Source: Cetorhinus maximus
Taxonomy: Eukaryota
Assembly: GCF_964194155.1 (NCBI RefSeq)
Contig: NC_135887.1
Coordinates: 16,182,001 to 16,246,000 of the forward strand
DNA length: 64,000 nt
Direction of reading: 5' to 3'
Position numbers and translations under genes: made by a program. The notes under the pieces were generated by a model. The model saw nothing but the letters and a program-made list of their open reading frames with translations, was not told where the DNA came from and did no database searches. Below are positions 13,378-25,340 of the stretch, piece by piece (position 1 is the stretch's first letter; the number at the start of each line of letters is the position of its first letter).

Positions 13378-14425
13378 TGTTTCCCTATAAAAGAAGATAA
13401 TTGCACATTGGTTTATTTGCCCTTCACAGCAACAAAAAAAATCATGTCTTTATTTAAAGAAAAATATAACTGTTTCCCCCCCATACCATGCAGCATTCTT
13501 GGGATTAGCAGGTGCACCCAGAATGGGAAATGAGCTGCACAAAGGAACAGGTTTACTTCACCACCCATCCCACCCCCTTCCGCACAAAACAAAATACTCT
13601 GTGGGAGTACCTGACCTCAGCTCAAATGAGGCCGTTCAATGAAATGCCTTGGCTGACAAGATAATGGCATAGAGAATCTCGAGCACATGCCTTGCATTCT
13701 AATACTCATGTGGCACAGTTCCAGGCTGGTGTTGGAGAGCGTCTCATGCCTGGATTTGTTTAAGAACCTAGATGTCTGAATGCTCCATTATTATTGCTTG
13801 TGAAACAACAACTAGATGCACAATGCTCTGGAATGAACAAATCAACAGACAGTGTTGCAGCAAAAGATTTGTGCAAATTAGTATGGCTGTGTTGTGATTA
13901 TGGACTTTCTTGCAATCCACCTATAATAAGACATTGCTGACGAAGAAAAATTATTTTTTAAATGTTTTAATTAATGTAACTTATTGTCCTATTTTAAAAA
14001 AGAAATCTGGATTTTTTAATGAAGGAAATTATATTATCAAAAAGCTTTACCATGACATTCATAAGATCAAGAAAGGCCACTCAAAATTAAATATTCACCC
14101 TTCACTAAACTGCCAGCTTAATGCACAAATCAGTTCTGTTCAGGTTAATATTCCTCTTTCAAACGATTTTTTAAAAAAAATGCAATGAGGGTTTAGTTCT
14201 GTGGAAAAAGGAAAATCCCGTAAAACGTCGTTTTATCCTACCGTTAACAGCAGAATTACAGCTGCTGCCCTTGGTTCTATATTTTCTAGCACGGCATAAA
14301 AATCCGATTTAGCTGGTCTCGACAAATTTGCTTTTCACTGCAGTCTCCAAGAAATGGTGCAAGTGAGAAAAATATTACAAAAAAGAGAAAAAGCAAAACC
14401 CAATAGAAAAACATAGTGTACTTAC

Positions 14426-14492
14426 CAAGGCAGCCCTTTACAAGAGGATCTTTGCTGCTGAAGTGTTCTTGGTGCAGATGTTCAATTGCTAG
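14426..14492 (-). other. OMG: Predicted non-coding first exon of OMG (5'UTR intron 13385-14425)
   Basis: Minus-strand donor TTG|gtaagta at 14425 and acceptor cttcttttatag| at 13385, 7 nt before the ATG. TSS is inferred ~30 nt downstream of the TATA box. Mammalian OMG also has a single 5'UTR intron. Confidence 0.72.
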
Positions 14493-14513
14493 ATAGCTGC
14501 TTTACAGAGGAGC

Positions 14514-14521
14514 TATTTATA
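14514..14521 (-). promoter_or_regulatory. TATA box of the predicted OMG promoter
   Basis: TATAAATA on the minus strand, about 90 bp upstream of a consensus splice donor. Confidence 0.62.
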
Positions 14522-15239
14522 CCCACTCTGAAGCGATGCAGGGATCTTTAGTGTAAGCACCATGCCCTGTTCTGAGTACAATCTAAATTACGTGTTATTG
14601 ACAATATGACCTCATTTCTACACCTCCCGAACATGAGTGTGACACAGATATTTAATTTATTACTTCACTAGCACTGAGTGACAGACAGCTAGGGTAGTGC
14701 ATATCCATTGTTTGTGCAATACTGAAAAATATATAATGTCATTTACACTTGTAAAGAAGAATGTTAGACTTTTATGTAACTAAGACCACTGGTTTGCCGT
14801 TTTCTTGGAAGGATGGATGGGATCATGGAATGTGATGTTCAAAATAGTAGCTTAGAAAGAAAAATCTAGAATTCCATGTAATAGAATTTGATTTCAGCCA
14901 TCATTAACCATGGCTGTTATGTTGTTAATGAAAATGCATTGGCACTTTGTCCTATGAGGGTTGCTGAAGGAATTTGAAAGTAACATGCAGCAGATTAATT
15001 TGAATATATTGCAATCACTTCTCCCAGTTTCCTCCCCTTTTCCACTGCTTTCTCTGCCAGTTAGAAGGATGTGGACGGAAGTGACAGTCTGACTCTCTTG
15101 TACTATTGGCCATTGCTGGTTTCTCCATGGCATTCTCGAATATCTACTTCTAAGCCACTCGAGCAAGTGGCTGAGGAAATCTTGCAAAAATGTCTTTGTT
15201 CTGTTGTGTTATTTTCTCTTATATTGCTTTTGTCAATAC

Positions 15240-15600
15240 AAAAAAAAATCATCCTTGTTTTCAAGTTCCTCCCTGGCCTCTCCTCTCCCTATCTCTAATG
15301 TGCTCCAGTCCTATAATCCTCCGATATCTCTCTGTTCTTCCAATTCTGACCACCTTGTGCATCTCCAATTTTTATCACTCGACCATTGCCAATTGTACTT
15401 TCAGCTGCCTGGGTCCTAGGATCTAGCATTCGTTCATTCCCTATGCCTCTCCACCGCCCTAGCTTTCCTTTTAAGACACTCGTTAAAAATTATCCTTTTG
15501 ACCAGATCTTCAGTCCCCTGTCCTAATATCTCCTTGGGTAGCTCAGTGACAAATTTTGTTTAACAGCTCTGAGATACTTTGCTACATTGAAAGTGCTACA
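15240..15600 (+). mobile_element. L2-type LINE 3' fragment
   Basis: Homologous to 33980-34350 and to 35110-35370 (reverse strand); typical L2 3' end. Confidence 0.6.
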
Positions 15601-15899
15601 TAGTTGATTACTCATTGACTTGTATTCTGTTCCACTTGACCTCTGTTGGTGGATTGTTGAGTAACCTCTAACATTCTCCATGGTTTCAGATGTCCTTGCT
15701 GCCCTTCAAGTGAGGCTGTTTGGCACATCCCTGAGCCATTGTTCTGCTGAAGTATATTGCACCTTTATTTGGGCTTTTCTGTTCAGTTAAAGGAAATCTG
15801 TGTTTTCCAATTTGAGAAATGCTTTGGGAACTTTGCTTAGTTACGTATTTTGTCACTATTTGTGCAAGGAGTGCTGTTGACATCTATATCTGACAATTT

Positions 15900-16245
15900 C
15901 TTGTTCAAATTGGCTTCTCTATTAGAGGCTGTGGGTTCAAGCCACACCCAAGAGACCTGAGCGGTGCTACCCTGTCAGGTGCTCATTTTAAATGGGGCAT
16001 TAAACCAAGGTGAATGTAAAAATTCCACAGCACTAGAAGACCAGGAGAGAGTTCTGTTGTCCTGACCAATATTAATCCCACAACTAAGAGCACTAAAACA
16101 GATAAACTGTTCCTTTATCTGATTGCTGTTTCTGGGACTGTGCTATGTGCAAACTGGCTGCTGAATTTATCAAAATGACAACTTACAAGACTGCACTTAA
16201 TGACTATTAAGTGCTTTGGGATGTTTCTTTATAAATACAAGTTCT
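15900..16245 (+). mobile_element. Deu-domain SINE, degenerate
   Basis: B-box-like gggttcaag, core 'gtaaaaattccacagcacta..gaaga..gtcctgaccaatatt' and tail gtgctttgggatgt. Confidence 0.62.
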
Positions 16246-16564
16246 TTGTGACCATTTTGATCCATTGTAGTGGGGAAATGAATGGTGAGGGTGAAGTGTG
16301 GAATTTTATCCCAAGAGTATTTTCCCATTATACTTCTAAAGGATGGTCTGTCTTTTTTACTGAAGACATTTTCCACTCCATTTTTATGCTAGCCCATTTT
16401 TTTTTTAGTTGCTGGTAGGGATAGAGGGTGGAGGTTAAAATGTCTGCTTGGAGATATCGGTCATGGTCAGTGTATCCCCAAGTATGCAAATATCTGCATG
16501 TGAACAATGATGGACAGAAAAGGCCCACTGTTCCATCCAGCCTGTCATACTCACATCATATGCC

Positions 16565-18937
16565 TGTGACTGTATGAAGACTATGGAGATTTTAAGAACA
16601 AACTAAATGACACACAGACAATTTACCTTGACCCATGATGGAGTCATGAGGGGTCAAGTGACTTTTGTAATTCCTGCACTGACCCAGAACTAACCCTGTC
16701 TCTGGAAAATCATTAAAATGTAAAAGCCCATGGGTGGAGGACTCTGCCTTGATAAGACATTAAAAACGTGAGATCACTTGTGGAATTTACAGCTCCCATT
16801 ATCTGAATAATTACAGAAGCCCAAATATGATGATCCTCAGACTAGGTATCTGCAAACCCGAAACCTAACAAAGAGCGGTATGAAGAAACCAGTTTATCAC
16901 CAGCAGGTGTGAACAGCCACCATTCATCCATCCTCCATTGTGCAGCAATTGTTATGATCCCAGTTGACATTACTATTGGGCAAACCAGATCCCAGGGTGG
17001 AACCTGGCTTGATAGATCCTAATTTTTATTTTTTTGTTTAGCTAGGTGGAGAGTGGCTACTGAACAGAGTCACAGGAGTCAGCTGATGAACTTTTGACAA
17101 AAGAATAAAGCATTTCTTCAAGAAAAGATGAACTATATTACTATTACAATACTTCTTCACCCACAACTATACTTTTACAGATATATACAGTTTTGTAAGG
17201 ATAGCATAAGTTACAAAAGCTATCTTGTACTCTAATGTTCACAATAAGCACGCAGTCCATGTAAATCAATGGGCAACCTATGGGCAGACACACTACATTC
17301 TGAAACCAGGTGACAGATGCCAACCCAAACAGATGCTATGGATCTCACATCAACTCCCCCCAGATGCTTGTCATCCCGTGAGCCAACCATGAGGGTTTCC
17401 AATCTCCACTCTTGAAGAACCCGCTGTAGAATCTTCTCCCAAACAATGGTTTCTTTCAGACACCTGCAAAAATCCACTCAACAGTTTCAAACCCTCCTCC
17501 TGATGCCCCTCTCCCCTGGATCACCACATGCATTCAGGCTTCCTTCAATGCACTCTCCAAAATGCTCCACCATGTCAACAGAGCGCTACTGCTTCACATA
17601 CCCATAGTAAAGATTTGCAGACCTTCAGCTGTCTCCTTGGATCTTCTGGCTTCTTGCAAGCCTATATTGCTTTAAATCTGTGTCCTGCGGCTTTCTCCCT
17701 TTAAGCTTGGAGCCTTTCTCTGCTCCTCACTCTTAACTTCACTTACAGGACCTTTTCCAGATTCCCGTCCTCATCCTTTGACTTAACTGTCCTCTTGGGG
17801 CCTTTCCTGTTCCACTCCCTGGTTTCAAGGGCTTCCTTCTTTGTTTTTTTTGGAACCTGCTCTTTGCAGCTCCCTCTCCTGTCCTCCTGCTGGCCATTGC
17901 TTCTACCTTTACTTTGGGACTTGCTATCTGTCCTCTTATGCTGCTTTTGCTGGCATCTCTTTTCAAACCTTGGAGCCCACTGACCAACTGCACTCAAACT
18001 GAACTGAAACTACTTTTCTGTCTCTGTGGGGCCTTCTGTTGCTAGGCAATAGCAGTATTTTCTATCTTGTGTTTTGTTTTACCTTGCCTTCAAGAGTCAT
18101 AAAATCTAATTAAAATGCTGGTATCTTTTAAAGTGAAACTAAAGCTCAAATTCTCCCTTTCTTAACACACCAATACAGAAACACAGATTAAACTTAGATA
18201 TTCCTTATTCTAGATATACACCCAAATACACATACAACTTATACCAGCTCTATTTCCTAACACATTCGCTTCTAACATTGTATCATCTGTGTGGATAGGT
18301 ATTGATCATGTGGTGACATGGTTGAAACTGACTTGAGATAGCACATTATTCAGAGGACCAGCCAGGGCAGGCCTGTCTGGGAGAAACAGCACAAATGGGA
18401 GCCACCACCCAGCTAGAAATATAGAACCCTGCCTAACAACTCAAGTCAACTCAGACAGTGAGGGAGGGACTAATTTGTTCCAACCAGCAAGAATATATCT
18501 CCCCTACAAAGGTTTAGCCACAATAATGTGTAAAAATCCGGAGACTTCACCTGAAAATCCAGAGATTTAAAAACTCTGTTTATCTTTAGGGAACCAATAG
18601 AAGGAACTCAATGTGCCTGCGATGCTTTCCATCTTAAAGGACAAATTTAAAGTATGATTTGCTTCTTGTTATTCTGTTAACCTAAGTGCATGCTTTATCT
18701 GTAGACTCTTGTGCGTTTGTGTGTTTTTTGAGGGAGTGTGTTTTTGTTGCATTTCAGGTATTTAGTGAATATGCATTTTTTCTTCTTTTGATTTAAACTT
18801 AACAGCCTGTTTCGTGTCTGTTGTTTAAGGTCACAACACTCAAAATGGTTTAAAACACTCCTAAAACATATACCTTGTTGCGAACAACAAAGAGATGAGG
18901 GGAAACATTATCCCACCATCTCTCTTCATCCATAACA
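16565..18937. mobile_element. Solo LTR (~1.05 kb net) interrupted by a second LTR
   Basis: TGT...ACA termini with a perfect 4-bp TSD TGCC (16561-16564 and 18938-18941). Confidence 0.7.
16950..18262 (-). mobile_element. Solo LTR nested in the previous LTR; same family as 21273-22628
   Basis: TGTTA...TAACA termini, TSD caat/catt (one mismatch), end-to-end homology with 21273-22628. Strand is tentative. Confidence 0.8.
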
Positions 18938-19211
18938 TGCCTGGCCATGTGTATCATACTAGCTATCATAATATGTACACTCTTCACTCCATCCACTGTC
19001 AAGTGCTCTTTGGTTGAGGCGGAAATTCAGATTAAATGCCCTGGTTGATTTTAGGGGGAAAATCTCTTAAATTTTGTCCAACCCCAACCTCAGTGATTGA
19101 ACCTAGTCCTGGACATCACTTTGGCCCTAATAATTCAATCTGGTACCTAGCTTTTGGCCTCAGACAAAAACAGGTCCAGTGCTTGCTTGTAGGAATTCAG
19201 CAAATTGGCAT

Positions 19212-20572
19212 TGTTATGAAACCCAACTTAGATTATTCTTGAGTGCTGAGGTCGGGAACTCCAAGTCCCGACAGCCGTCGGACCTCAAGCACATTTTCGG
19301 CCGGGAGCAGGCTAAACATGTGCAGCCCTGCGTCTTAACGTTCTTCGGCCCGCGTTAGGCCCCGCACGCCTGCACCTAGAGAGAAAAAGAAGGGCATGAA
19401 AACCTGGGTGAGGTGACTGGGTGTAGAGCACCATAGCTACCAAGTGCCCCAGAGAGGGACAAAGGAGGGGGACAGGGAGAGATCCCAAACGGGAGAGGAG
19501 ACAGGGAGACATCCCAATAAGTGCCCCAAAAGGAAGCCCTAAGTAAGGGACAAAGATGGGACGGAAACAAGTCCAAGTTAAGTTGAGGAAAAAGAAGGGA
19601 GCAAAGAAACTGGCTCGAAGTTAGAGAGAGGGTTGCAGGGAGCAGCCTTTTAAGTACAAAGGACTCATGAGAGGCCCTGGTAATTGATGTGGGTCGTTGG
19701 GGCAAAGGTACCCCTTTGGAGCAGTAGGGTTCTGCTCAGCACGGCTGAAGATCTGAAGTTGTGCCTGTAATTTGGTGCTTGGGTGTATACATGGGAATCC
19801 AGGGGAACGCAGTCTTGCAAGGCAAGATTGAAACCCTGCGAGGTGGGCTGTTGTTGATGCCGTCCGAGTCTGGTAATTGAAGAGGGCTCAAGAGAAGCTC
19901 TGAAGATCCAAGAAGGCAGCTGGAGGTTGGTGACTCCGTGCTGTGGGCCACTGGGGCAAAGGTACTGCTTTAGAGCTGTAGTGTTCTGCTTGGCATGGCC
20001 AAATAGCTGAAATTGTGCTTGTAAGTTGAGGTTTGAGTGTGCTAAGGAATCCAGGGAGCTGAATCTTGGAAGGCGAGATTAAAACCCTGCAAGGTGGGCT
20101 GTTGTTGAAGCTATCTGACCTGGAGAAACTTTGGAGAGAATTCCAAGGCAAGATCGTCGAAGATGAAGATTGGAAACTCTTGTGAGAGAGAGGCAAGAGT
20201 TTGAGAGATTGATGGACCCACTGTGTGACTAACATCTGGGTGGCTTGTTGAGAAATCCATGGAATCTGTTTTGGTTGCATTTGTCATTTAATTGTATAGT
20301 GTGGTGTGTCCAACCACAATTTGCCTCTTGTTTCACATATACCTCATGCTCTAATATTCAGGGTCAATATAAGATAGATATTGTAAATTGTTTTATATTT
20401 CTCTCCTTGTATAGTAAAGTTTTTTTTGTTTGTTCAAAACCCGTGGAACCTTGTGGCTTTATTCTATTAGCAAATGTTTTGAATCTCAAACTCGTTCTAC
20501 TTTAAATAAAATGTTATTGGTCCCTAACTGGATCTCACCAACAACTTGGGGGTCTGGCCAACGATCATAACA
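19212..20572 (+). mobile_element. Solo LTR with internal ~254-bp duplication
   Basis: Perfect 8-bp terminal inverted repeat TGTTATGA/TCATAACA, TSD gcat/gtat, duplicated block anchored by ggggcaaaggtac at 19699 and 19953, AATAAA near the right end. Confidence 0.75.
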
Positions 20573-21272
20573 GTATCCATTGCATGAGCTGGCAGACTGT
20601 TCCAGAATTCCATTGTCTGGAATAAGAACCACCTCAATTAAAGGATTCAGTATTGCTTAATACCCCCCTTTCTCTACCACTACTTGAGATTGTTCTTGCT
20701 GATTGAGAAATGCTGGCAAGAGTCCCATTAAATTAATGACCTGGGCCTGCCAGAGTTTGAAATAAAGCTTCTCTTTTTTAAAAAAAAAGTGAATTTAAAA
20801 AAGAAAAACTGACACGCTCACTTGCTTCAGTGATATTGTTCTTGCAATACTGCTGTGGAGCATCGGGTTGTGCTGAAGTCTGAGTATGGGGCTTGAAGTC
20901 TGAGTATGGGGCTTGAACCCATTACCAATTGACTCGGGCAACAGTGCAGTGAATTCAAGCTGACACTCAGTTGAAATAAAAAGATAACTTGGTAGAACAA
21001 CTGATCGTTTCTGTTGGGGCTGCATTCAGTGTTCTCTTTAGAGCTGTCACTTTGCATTTTCAACGCATTCTCCTTTTATAATAAAGTAAATAATGGGCAG
21101 AGAAACTTGTGCAAAGACCCTAATCTTGGATTGATTCCAGTACTCATTGTTAATTGGTGTTGATTGTTAAATGTGGTTCACCCACAAATTTGTTTTTGCA
21201 GCTTGCATGGCTTTATTCTGAATAAGTTTATAAGCAATTCTAGGTGTGTGAGTGCTGTACCATTTTATCTAT

Positions 21273-22628
21273 TGTTACAATCCCAGCTGAGGTTACCCCT
21301 GGACAATCCTGATCCCAGAGTGGAACCCAGCTTGATAGATCTTAACTTTTTAATTTGCTTGTTTAGATACCTGGAGAGTGGCTACTGAACAGAATCTCTG
21401 GAGTATGCTAATGAGCTTTAAACAAAAGAATAGAACGTTTATTTAACAAGAAAAGATGAACTATATTACAATACTCCTTCACCTACAACTATACCTTTAC
21501 AGATATATACAGATTTGTATGGATAACACAAGTTACCAAAGCTATCTTACCCTTTAATGTTTACAGTAAGTACACAGTCTATGTAAACCTATGGTGACCT
21601 GTGGTTAGACATACCACACTCTGAAGCCAAGTTACAGAAGCCACCTCAACCAGATGCTATGAATCTCTCCTCAACTCCCCCCAGACACTTGTCACACCAT
21701 GAGCCAACTGGTCTCACTGGAAACCCTTGTGTGAAAGACACAGTGCAATCTCCACTTTCCAAGAACTCGCCTTGGAATCTTCTCCCAAACCGCTTTCTCT
21801 CAGATGCCTTCTGCAAAGGTTCACCTCCAGGGTTTTGAACACTCCTTCTGATGTTGCTCTTCCCTGTGTCACCACATGCATTCAAGCTGTCTTCCACGGA
21901 CTCTCGCTCCGACTCAGCTGTCAACAGCATACCACTGCTTCACATGCCCATAGCAAAGACTTACAGACCTTCAGCCGCCTCTTTGGACCTTCTTACCTCT
22001 TGCAAGTTGTTCTCATTTTAAATCTGCTTTCTGCAGCTTTTGTCTCTTTAAATCTGAAGCTTGGAGCATTTCTCTCTGCTCCTCACTCTTAACTTCACTT
22101 AACAGGACCTTTTCCAGGTTCCTGTTCTTCCTTTGAAGTCCCTGCTTGGGACTTTCGCCTGTTCCACTGCCCTGGATTCTGGGGTATTTTCTTTAGCTTG
22201 GGATTTGCTATCTGCCCCTTTTGCTCCAGCCTCTCTCTGGCAGCTACTTTCAATCAACTTTAGCTTGGAACTGGCAATCTGCCCCTTCTAGGTGGCTTCT
22301 TTTTGGCAGCTGTCTTCAAATCTGACCTCAAAACAGCTTCCAAAACAAATTGCTGTTTCTAGCTTTTCTGTGTTTGTATCTGTGGGAGGGACCTGCCTCT
22401 CTGGGCCCCTGTTGCTAGGCAACAGCACTTTTTTTCTCTATTCTTGTTTGCTTAACTTAGCCAACAGTCGTAAAACACTCATTAGAACTGCAAGCACCTT
22501 TTAAAATGAAACTAAAACTCAATTTATCCTTTGAAATACAAATCAAGCTTAAACATTGAAGCTAAAACTCATTCCTAACAGCCACAAATACAAATATAAC
22601 TTATTTAAGCTGTCTCTATTTCCCAACA
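21273..22628 (-). mobile_element. Solo LTR (Gypsy-like 4-bp TSD)
   Basis: TGTT...AACA termini with perfect TSD CTAT (21269-21272 and 22629-22632). Strand is tentative. Confidence 0.85.
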
Positions 22629-23154
22629 CTATTGATGAAAGGAAATAGTGCCACAGGATCTTTTGTGCCCACCTGAGAGAGCAGACACTGTAGCACTCCA
22701 GATACTGCACTGTGCCTGCCTAGATTTTGTCTTTGAGTCTCTGGAATAGGCCTAGAACACACAGCCTTCTGACTTCTAGGTGAGAATGCAACCAGCGAAC
22801 CTCTACTAACACAGTTAGTAGTTGACATACTTGTAAATTATCTACTGTCAGATAATTTTTTTATACATTTAATATGGTGACAAATTTGGGGCTGGGAGGG
22901 TCCACAGGGAGGGAGAAACTTGCAATTGCAAACCACCCCATGGCTAAAGTCTAACTGCAGCAAGACAGTTAACATGATGGAAAACATTTGAATGGAAAAT
23001 CTTGACTTACCAAGCAACAGTGGTGCACATTGCCTCAAAGCTGAGAGCAAAATTTGTAGCTGTGGAAACTGTGCCATATGCGAGATTTTTCATTTAGATA
23101 CAATTTTGATCATTGATGCAGTCTCTACTGAAGAGCACTGTACCTTTATAAATA

Positions 23155-25340
23155 CGAACATTCGAAATAGGAGGAGCACAAGTAGGCCATTTGGCCCCTT
23201 GAGTCTGCTTTGCCAGTCAATAAGATCGTGCCTGATCTGTTTGTGTTTCGAATTCCACATTCCCATCTGCCGCTGATAACCTTAGATTCTTGTTAAACAA
23301 GGAATTCAATCTACCTCTGCCTTAAAAATATTCAGCAACCCTGCCTCCACTGCCTTCTGAGACAGTGTTCCAAAGTGTCTCAACCTGTGGGAGAAAAAAA
23401 ATCTCCATCTCTGTCCTAATAAGGCGACCCCTAATTTTAAAACAGTGCCTCCTAGTTCTGGACTCACCCACAAGCGAAACATCCTTTCCACGTCCACCTT
23501 GTCAAGACCATTCAGGATCTTATATACTTCAATCAAGTCACCCCTCACTCTTCTAAACTCCAGTGGAAACAAGCCCAGCTTGCCCAGCCTCAAGACAACC
23601 CGCTTATTCTAGGTATCAATCTAGTCAACCTCCTCTGAACTGCCTCCAATGCATTTATGTACGTCCTTAAATAAGACCACCAAAATCTCTCACAGTATTC
23701 GAGATGCGGACTCACCAATGCCCTGTATAACTGAAGTATAACATCCTTATTTTTTATGTTTAATTCCTCTCTTAAAGAATAGCATTCTATTAGCCTTAAT
23801 TACTTGCTGTACCTGCATACTAAGTTTTTGTGACTCATGCACAAGAACACCTAGATCCCTCTGCACCTTGGAATTCTGCAGTTGTTCTCCATTTAGGTAA
23901 TACTGTGCATTTTTTATTCTTGCTGCCAAAGTGAACAACCTCACCTTTTCCCACATTTTACTCCATCTGTCAGATTTTTGACCACTCACTCAACTTATCT
24001 ATATCCATCTGCAAGCTCCTTATGTCGTCTTCACAACATACTTTCCTATCTATCCTTGTGTCGTCTGCAAATTTAGCTATCATGCCTTCGCTCCCCTCCT
24101 CTAAGTCATTGATGTAAATTGTAAAAAGTTGAGGCCCCAGCACAGACCCCTACGGGACTCCACTTGTCATATCCTGCCAATCAAAGACCCATTTATGCAT
24201 GCTCTGTTTTCTGCCAACCAGCCAATCTTCTATCCAAGCTAATATGTTACCCCCTACACTTGGGAGCTTTTATTTTCCGCAATAACCTTATCAAATGCTT
24301 TCTGGGAATCCAAGTACAGTACGTCTACAGGCTCCTCTCTATCCACCGCACGTTATTCCTCAAAGAACCCTAATAAATTGGTTAAACATGATTTCCCTTT
24401 CATAAAGCCATGCTGACTCTTCCCAATTACTTTGAGCTTTTCTAAATGCCCAGCTGCAACCTCTTGAATGATCAACTCTAACACCTTTCCCACGGCAGAC
24501 GTCAAGCTCACTGGCCTATAGTTTTCTATTTTTTGCCCCATCTCCTCCTTGAGCAGAGGGGTTATATTTGCTACTTTCCAGTCTGACGGAACCTTCCAAG
24601 AATCTAAGGAATTTTGGAAAATTAACACCAACGCACTTACTAACTCATTAGCCACCTCTTTTAAGACCCTAGGATGAAGTCCATCTGGACCCAGAGACTT
24701 GTCAGCCCGCAGCTCCATCAGTTTCTTCAGCATTATTTCCCTAGGGATTGTAATTTCACAATGTTCCTCTCTCTCTTCCACCTCCCGATTTACAGCTATT
24801 ACTGGAATGTTTTCTTTGTATCCCCTATAGTGAAGACAGGAACAAAATATTTATTCATTTCATGTGCCATTTCCTTCTTATCTACAAAAAACCCCCATTC
24901 TCACTCTCTAGAGGACCAGCACTCACTTTCCCTACTCTTTGCCTACTTAAATACCTGTAGAAACTCTTGGGGCAGAATTTTACGGCCCTGTTTCGGCGGG
25001 GGCAGGGCCACACAACGCGGCGAGACATTATAAACCCCATTGACTTCAGCGGGAACGTAAAATCCTGCTGCTGTAAAATTCTGCCCTTGCTGTCTGTTTT
25101 AACATTTGTAGCTAGCTTCCTTTCATATTTGACCTTTTAGTCATTCTCTCCTGCCCTTTATATTCTGACCAATCATCTAAACTGCCACTCATCTTTACTA
25201 AGTTATATGTTTTTTCCTCAAGTTTGATGCTTTCCCTAACTACTTTAGTTAACCATGGCTGTTGGGTCCTTCCCTTAGAATTTTTCTTTATAGCAGGAAT
25301 ATAGTTATTTTGAGTATTCTGAAATATCCCCTTAAATGTC
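23155..25340 (-). mobile_element. CR1 LINE fragment (RT region)
   Basis: GPDGLHPRVLKE, NYRPVSLTS, QHGFMKGKSCLTNL, QRDLGVLV and RGDLIEVYKI peptides. Confidence 0.92.
24970..25086. mobile_element. 117-bp MITE (PIF/Harbinger-like) inserted in CR1
   Basis: Perfect 14-bp TIRs GGGCAGAATTTTAC/GTAAAATTCTGCCC and 3-bp TSD TTG. Confidence 0.85.

Noticed and set aside
20874-20913. Perfect 20-bp tandem duplication
   Set aside because: Local slippage inside a decayed SINE head with no sign of function.
16950-22628. Two related LTRs as the ends of one full-length retrotransposon
   Set aside because: Each has its own TSD, they are clearly diverged, and the interval has no gag/pol remnants or PBS.
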